Shown in pieces: positions 59,321 through 64,000 of a stretch of DNA of 64,000 bases; within the stretch, counting starts at the first letter, position 1, and each line of letters starts with the position of its first letter. The position numbers were made by a program, and so were the translations under genes. The notes beneath the pieces were generated by a model. That model saw only the letters and a program-made list of their open reading frames with translations. It was not told the DNA's origin and made no database searches. Origin of the DNA: an uncultured candidate division Zixibacteria bacterium (lineage in GTDB: Bacteria > Zixibacteria > MSB-5A5 > UBA10806 > 4484-95); the NCBI GenBank assembly GCA_963668625.2, contig CAXXKA010000008.1, positions 864,001 through 928,000 on the forward strand. The letters run 5' to 3'.

Positions 59321-59884
59321 ATGAGTATGTTCGAAAAATATAAGCCTGGAAAATCCGATAATGGTGAGCCTCTCGAGGATTTACTTTTCAGATCCGCCGT
59401 TATAGATGATGCCCCGTTGCTGGCAACTATAATGTTTAACCGCGAGGGCGGTGATATCACGGATATGATAGCCCGATTCGAGAAAGAGATCGAAACGAGC
59501 GATCCGGGCAGCCATCTACTTCTAATAGCCGAACATGAAGGTAAGATAGCAGGTTACGCCCGAGCCAGGTATTTCAGCCATCCCGAAAATCCGCCTCGTA
59601 ATATCTGTCCCGAGGGTTGGTACTTAGCGGGTGTAATAGTTCGTTCGAGATATCGTCGCCGGGGTGTTGCCCTGGCACTAACCAAAAAGCGCCTGGAGTG
59701 GATCGCCGAACGAGCCGGATCGGCTTACTATTTCGCCAATGCCCGTAATAAGGTATCATTCGAACTTCACGAAAAATTAGGATTCGAGGAGGTCACTCGC
59801 GATTTCACATACCCGGGTGTGGAATTCGAGGGCGGCGAGGGTGTTCTTTTCAAAGTGGAATTGATTCACCTGGAGCAGGTTTAA
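59321..59884 (+). CDS. GNAT family acetyltransferase
   Basis: V..RYRRRGVALAL; N..S..LHEKLGF. Confidence 0.9.
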   Translation: MSMFEKYKPGKSDNGEPLEDLLFRSAVIDDAPLLATIMFNREGGDITDMIARFEKEIETSDPGSHLLLIAEHEGKIAGYARARYFSHPENPPRNICPEGWYLAGVIVRSRYRRRGVALALTKKRLEWIAERAGSAYYFANARNKVSFELHEKLGFEEVTRDFTYPGVEFEGGEGVLFKVELIHLEQV

Positions 59885-60303
59885 TCCCAATCGATATCTT
59901 TACGCCGCAAATCTTTTTTAGCGCTATGCTTTTTCTTTTCTTCCAATCGTCTTTTTTTTGCCGCTTTCGATATTCCGGTTTTAATACGTTTCGGCTTCTT
60001 GATCAGGGCCCGTTTCAATATTTCGATAAAACGACTCAGTACATCCTCACGATTGGCAAGCTGGGTACGATACTTATGCGAGCTTAACTGAAGAATACCC
60101 TCTCCCGAAAGTCGCGTTTTAAGCTTACTCCGAAGTATTGCTTTTTGATTATCATCCAGAGAGCGCGAATTTTCCAGATCGAAATACAGGATAACTTTCG
60201 TCTCCAGTTTATTCACGTTCTGTCCGCCGGGTCCGCCTCCACGGGCGAAAGTGAACCTGATCTCGCCCTCATCTATGGTTAAATGTTTATTAATCTCTAT
60301 CAT
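59881..60303 (-). CDS. arfB: Alternative ribosome rescue peptidyl-tRNA hydrolase
   Basis: RGGGPGGQNVNK, RTQLANR, basic C-terminal tail. Confidence 0.96.
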   Translation of the reverse strand: MIEINKHLTIDEGEIRFTFARGGGPGGQNVNKLETKVILYFDLENSRSLDDNQKAILRSKLKTRLSGEGILQLSSHKYRTQLANREDVLSRFIEILKRALIKKPKRIKTGISKAAKKRRLEEKKKHSAKKDLRRKDIDWD

Positions 60304-60361
60304 TACGATAATCCTCAAGTTAACGATTGCCTTTCCTACGAAAATATCATTAATTCGTTTC

Positions 60362-60790
60362 ATGCGCTACCCTAAAAGGCTCAAGAAAACAGGTAAACCC
60401 GGCGGAATTCGAGGCGTTCGATTGAAACGTAAACTCAAGTTCAACCCAATACTCGATACCTCGTCCGGTATTCCCGTTCGCTCGAAACTCGAACGGGCAT
60501 GTGTGGATTGGCTTATGGCACACGGTTTCGAATTCCGGTACGAGCCTCTTATACTACTGGGCGGCAGGCAGTTCCGGCCTGATTTTTTCTTAAAAGAGCA
60601 TAATATATTTTTAGAGATTTGCGGTTACAATCATATGCCGCATTACCGCGATAGGGTGGCCGAGAAGAAGAATCTTTACCATAAATTCGGCATGGATGCT
60701 ATATTTATCGAATGTCAGAGAAAAAGTGATATGGTAAAAGCTCTGGATACCGAATTCATAAAAAGGGGGTTGGTGGATGACAGACAATAA
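60362..60790 (+). CDS. Small PD-(D/E)xK nuclease-like protein
   Basis: RSKLE..WL..FRYEP..RPDFFL..LEICG. Confidence 0.65.
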   Translation: MRYPKRLKKTGKPGGIRGVRLKRKLKFNPILDTSSGIPVRSKLERACVDWLMAHGFEFRYEPLILLGGRQFRPDFFLKEHNIFLEICGYNHMPHYRDRVAEKKNLYHKFGMDAIFIECQRKSDMVKALDTEFIKRGLVDDRQ

Positions 60791-61547
60791 GGAGAATCTT
60801 TTGAAAAGTATTATTTGCGATATAGATGGTGTAATTGCTCATGATAATAAAATACTTCCGGGTGCAGCCGAGTTTTTGAATTCCCTGATAAACAGCGATA
60901 AAGAATTTCGTATGCTGACCAATTACCCCTCGCAGACTCCGGCCGATCTACGCAATCGTATCGCCGCCTCCGGTGTGGATATCCCCGAGGATCATTTCTA
61001 TACCTCGGCCATGGCCACTGCCGCTTTTTTAAAAAATCAGGAGGGTGATAAAGCTTACGTTATCGGCGAGGGCGCGCTTACCCATGAGCTATACAATATC
61101 GGTTTCAAGATTACCGATATCAATCCCGATTTCGTGATCGTGGGCGAAACTCGAGCTTATAACTGGGATATGATTCAAAAAGCCTCATATTTCGTTATGC
61201 GAGGGGCGCGTTTTATTGCAACCAACCCGGATGTTGCCGGGCCGAAAGGGCATCCCGCCTGCGGAGCCCTGTGTGCCCCTATAGAGAGAATAACCGGCAA
61301 GAGGCCATTTTATATCGGCAAGCCGAACGCCTGGATTTTGCGGGCCGCTCTAAATAGTATAAATGCCCACTCGGAGGAAAGTGTTATCATAGGCGATAAC
61401 ATGAACACCGATATACTGGCGGGTATTCAGGCCGGCATAACCACCGTGCTGGTGTTAAGCGGTTTAAGCCAGATGAGTGATCTGGAGAAACTCCCGTTCA
61501 GGCCGAATTACATTTTCCCCAGTGTAAAAGAGATAGATATAATTTAG
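60777..61547 (+). CDS. nagD: HAD-IIA phosphatase (NagD/UMP phosphatase)
   Basis: DIDGV, LTNYP, TNPD, GKPN, GDNMNTDI. Confidence 0.9.
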   Translation: MTDNKENLLKSIICDIDGVIAHDNKILPGAAEFLNSLINSDKEFRMLTNYPSQTPADLRNRIAASGVDIPEDHFYTSAMATAAFLKNQEGDKAYVIGEGALTHELYNIGFKITDINPDFVIVGETRAYNWDMIQKASYFVMRGARFIATNPDVAGPKGHPACGALCAPIERITGKRPFYIGKPNAWILRAALNSINAHSEESVIIGDNMNTDILAGIQAGITTVLVLSGLSQMSDLEKLPFRPNYIFPSVKEIDII

Positions 61548-61579
61548 TTACTGATGGATTCTCGAGGAATTCTCGTTCT

Positions 61580-62677
61580 CTACTCCATGCATTTCAATGT
61601 TCGAGGATACCTGGCGATGTATCTGATATCCTCTTCGGGAAAATCCCCGAGAAACCCGGTGTTTTTAATAGCCTGTTCCAGGAAATTATAGTTCAACTCG
61701 TAACTGTAGTCTTGCATATACCCGGCGATATCGCCCGAATGTATGTTGTTAATATCGATGACGAACACAGGAGAGTTGCAATCGAATTCCAGAGAACTGA
61801 ATTCGAGGTATTTATGATTTGGTCTCTCTATGGATTTGAAATGAATCGTCCGGTTCGGAATATCATATACTATATTCCAGACAGTGCGTTTGCCGGATTT
61901 CACGAGCGCCAGAACATCGAAAGCGTATTTTATATCTTTATTAGCGTTTTCCGGTTTGAATTTATCGGCTTTTACTCCGGCATGCACGAATCGATCCAGC
62001 GAGGCTTCGCGGCTAAATACTTCTATCTCTGTTTTGCGTTCACCGAGCTTTTTATCTCCGCCGAAACAATCATATTTCCCGGCAAATTCGTATGATTCGG
62101 CATATGTGTTATTGGTTATCACCTCTATGGGCATATCCATCCCGGAATGAGCCACCATCTTGCCATTTAAAATTTCTATCACCGCCGTATTCCCGGTGGC
62201 ATCCACAACGAAATAATGAACCAGCGCGTTGTTATCGCCGTTAATACGAATCTCTTTGTCGGTCGCGATGACTTCCTCGACAGTCCTGCATCTATCGAGC
62301 TGATACTGCACCCACTGTGTATTGCCGATACTCGGACGGTTATCAGGCCGTGGATATTCAGTGGCGCGTAACCACAGAATCTCCACCACCAGGCCGGCCT
62401 CGTTCATCCCACCATTAGGATTTTCCCGACCATACTGGTTGAAAGTGACGCTGCCATATTTTGACACCCAATTCGCGGGATTGCCGGAGATCAACGCGGT
62501 TTTCGCCACGCTTGCTTTGTTAACTATCAGTAATCCCGAACTAACGCTCCAATCGTAATTTTTTGCTACATATATATGGCCATCGCCTTGCAAGCATAAG
62601 GCCGTGCATGGGATAATTGTCTCATTGATAAATAGTAAGCTTACCAAAGCCGCGATCGATATGATAGACTTATTCAT
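61580..62677 (-). CDS. Linear amide C-N hydrolase (choloylglycine hydrolase / penicillin V acylase family), exported
   Basis: Signal peptide then N-terminal nucleophile CTAL; KNYDW, GMNEAGL, ITNN. Confidence 0.9.
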   Translation of the reverse strand: MNKSIISIAALVSLLFINETIIPCTALCLQGDGHIYVAKNYDWSVSSGLLIVNKASVAKTALISGNPANWVSKYGSVTFNQYGRENPNGGMNEAGLVVEILWLRATEYPRPDNRPSIGNTQWVQYQLDRCRTVEEVIATDKEIRINGDNNALVHYFVVDATGNTAVIEILNGKMVAHSGMDMPIEVITNNTYAESYEFAGKYDCFGGDKKLGERKTEIEVFSREASLDRFVHAGVKADKFKPENANKDIKYAFDVLALVKSGKRTVWNIVYDIPNRTIHFKSIERPNHKYLEFSSLEFDCNSPVFVIDINNIHSGDIAGYMQDYSYELNYNFLEQAIKNTGFLGDFPEEDIRYIARYPRTLKCME

Positions 62678-62794
62678 TTTCACTCCTCGATACCATCGAC
62701 GGTTCATCTAGTTTTTTCTAGCCTGCACGTAATGTTCGGTTTGATACCGGCAATGTACGATTCAAAATTTCTATGTATACTGTAGGAAAATAAT

Positions 62795-64000
62795 TCATTG
62801 GCGCGTGTAATGCAAACTCTTTGATTTGGGCTTTGCCGATCTGGACATTTTATCGAGTTCCGCTCGCACTGCTATTGCGATCGTTTTCATGGTAAGAGGT
62901 TTTCTGATATAAGAACCTGCTCCGAGTTCGAGCGCCGCCTTCACACGATCAGTTTCAGCGTATCCCGAAACTATGATAGCTCGCTGCTTGGGATTGATAT
63001 TAAGAGCCTGTTTGTAGGTCTCGGCGCCGTCGATACTCTCGGGCATTATCATATCCAGTATTAAAAGGTCGAACGAGCGGGTATTCAAAATCGATAAAGC
63101 CATCTCACCGGAATCGGCGGCCACAACCTCGTAACCGAGTTGTGCAAGTAAAGCAATGGCTATCTCGCGTTGAGTCTGATCATCATCCACGACCAGTATG
63201 CTTTCATCGCCACCTTCGATTTTGTCGGATGCCTCCTCTCTTACCTGTTCACGCGTAATCGGGAAATACAAAAAGAATCTTGTGCCTTCGTTCGGTTTGC
63301 TCTCAATATCCACGAAACCGTTATGATCCTCCATTACGGCATGCACTACACTTAAGCCGAGGCCTGATCCTCGCGAAACATCCGCGCGTTTGGTAGTAAA
63401 GAACGGATCGAATATTTTGGGTCTGACATTCTCTGGAATACCACAGCCGTTATCGCTGATAGTAAGTTTCACGTATTCGCCCCTGGGTATCATTCCATAG
63501 CGGGCGACCGAGTCATCGATATAATAATTTTCGGTTCGTATCTCAACCTTGCCATCCCTACCGAGAGCATCCCAGGCATTCGTTAGAAGGTTGGCGATAA
63601 CGCGGCTTATTTGAGATTTTCCACCATTTATATTCATAAGATTGGACGAGTAATGTTTCAGTAACGGTTTATCCCCTTTTTCAGAGAGCATGCTACTGAC
63701 GACGCTGTCTATAACAGCATTCAGGTTCAGCGGTTCGAGATTATAATGCCCCCGTCTGCCCAGGACTAAAAGCTCCTGGTTGATTTCCGCCATATATAAG
63801 GCGGCCTGTTCCATTTTTTGGATATATTTCATGGCGGGATGATTGATATCCAGTATCCCTCTGATAATATCAGGATAGGCGGTAAGCGGCCCCAGAAGGT
63901 TGTTGAAATCATGGGCGATTTGCCCCGATATTCGGCCGGCCGTCTCTAACCTCTGGGTGCGGTTGACAAGCTCCTCTAGGTTTTTCTTTTCGGTAACATC
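62795..64000 (-). CDS. Hybrid sensor histidine kinase-receiver (5' partial)
   Basis: Frame extends to window end with AGQIAHDFNNLL H-box; DPFFTTK, GSGLGL; VVDDD/LDMIMP receiver. Confidence 0.93.
   Translation of the reverse strand, partial: DVTEKKNLEELVNRTQRLETAGRISGQIAHDFNNLLGPLTAYPDIIRGILDINHPAMKYIQKMEQAALYMAEINQELLVLGRRGHYNLEPLNLNAVIDSVVSSMLSEKGDKPLLKHYSSNLMNINGGKSQISRVIANLLTNAWDALGRDGKVEIRTENYYIDDSVARYGMIPRGEYVKLTISDNGCGIPENVRPKIFDPFFTTKRADVSRGSGLGLSVVHAVMEDHNGFVDIESKPNEGTRFFLYFPITREQVREEASDKIEGGDESILVVDDDQTQREIAIALLAQLGYEVVAADSGEMALSILNTRSFDLLILDMIMPESIDGAETYKQALNINPKQRAIIVSGYAETDRVKAALELGAGSYIRKPLTMKTIAIAVRAELDKMSRSAKPKSKSLHYTRQ

Overview
Gene-dense chromosomal window, genetic code 11, from a diderm and probably anaerobic bacterium. 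A dockerin-like GDVN..DVTYLVNY repeat and many secreted or outer-membrane proteins suggest candidate phylum Zixibacteria (inference). Recognisable modules: MscS, DUF3078 and OmpA outer-membrane proteins, a tandem ferritin-like pair, an atypical kinase + PAS histidine kinase + receiver-GcvH-like signalling operon, two DJ-1/PfpI genes, a DUF3857/transglutaminase pair, a minimal SufC-SufB Fe-S system, a TonB receptor, a methyltransferase-ATP-grasp fusion, a YidD/LolA-like/TPR-TM2 operon, an AT-rich HsdR_N nuclease + K+ channel islet, a complete pho/pst locus with three 11-bp-period Pho boxes, a 2-oxoacid dehydrogenase operon with an embedded thioesterase, arfB and nagD. The strongest sequence-level result is an IS110 element (56391-57674) inserted exactly at the AGGAG Shine-Dalgarno of a host gene. 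It regenerates that RBS, forms a sigma70-like promoter at its circle junction, and carries a bridge-RNA-like leader with two segments matching its two junctions. No rRNA, tRNA or CRISPR array was seen. All family calls are from motif recognition by eye, not database searches.
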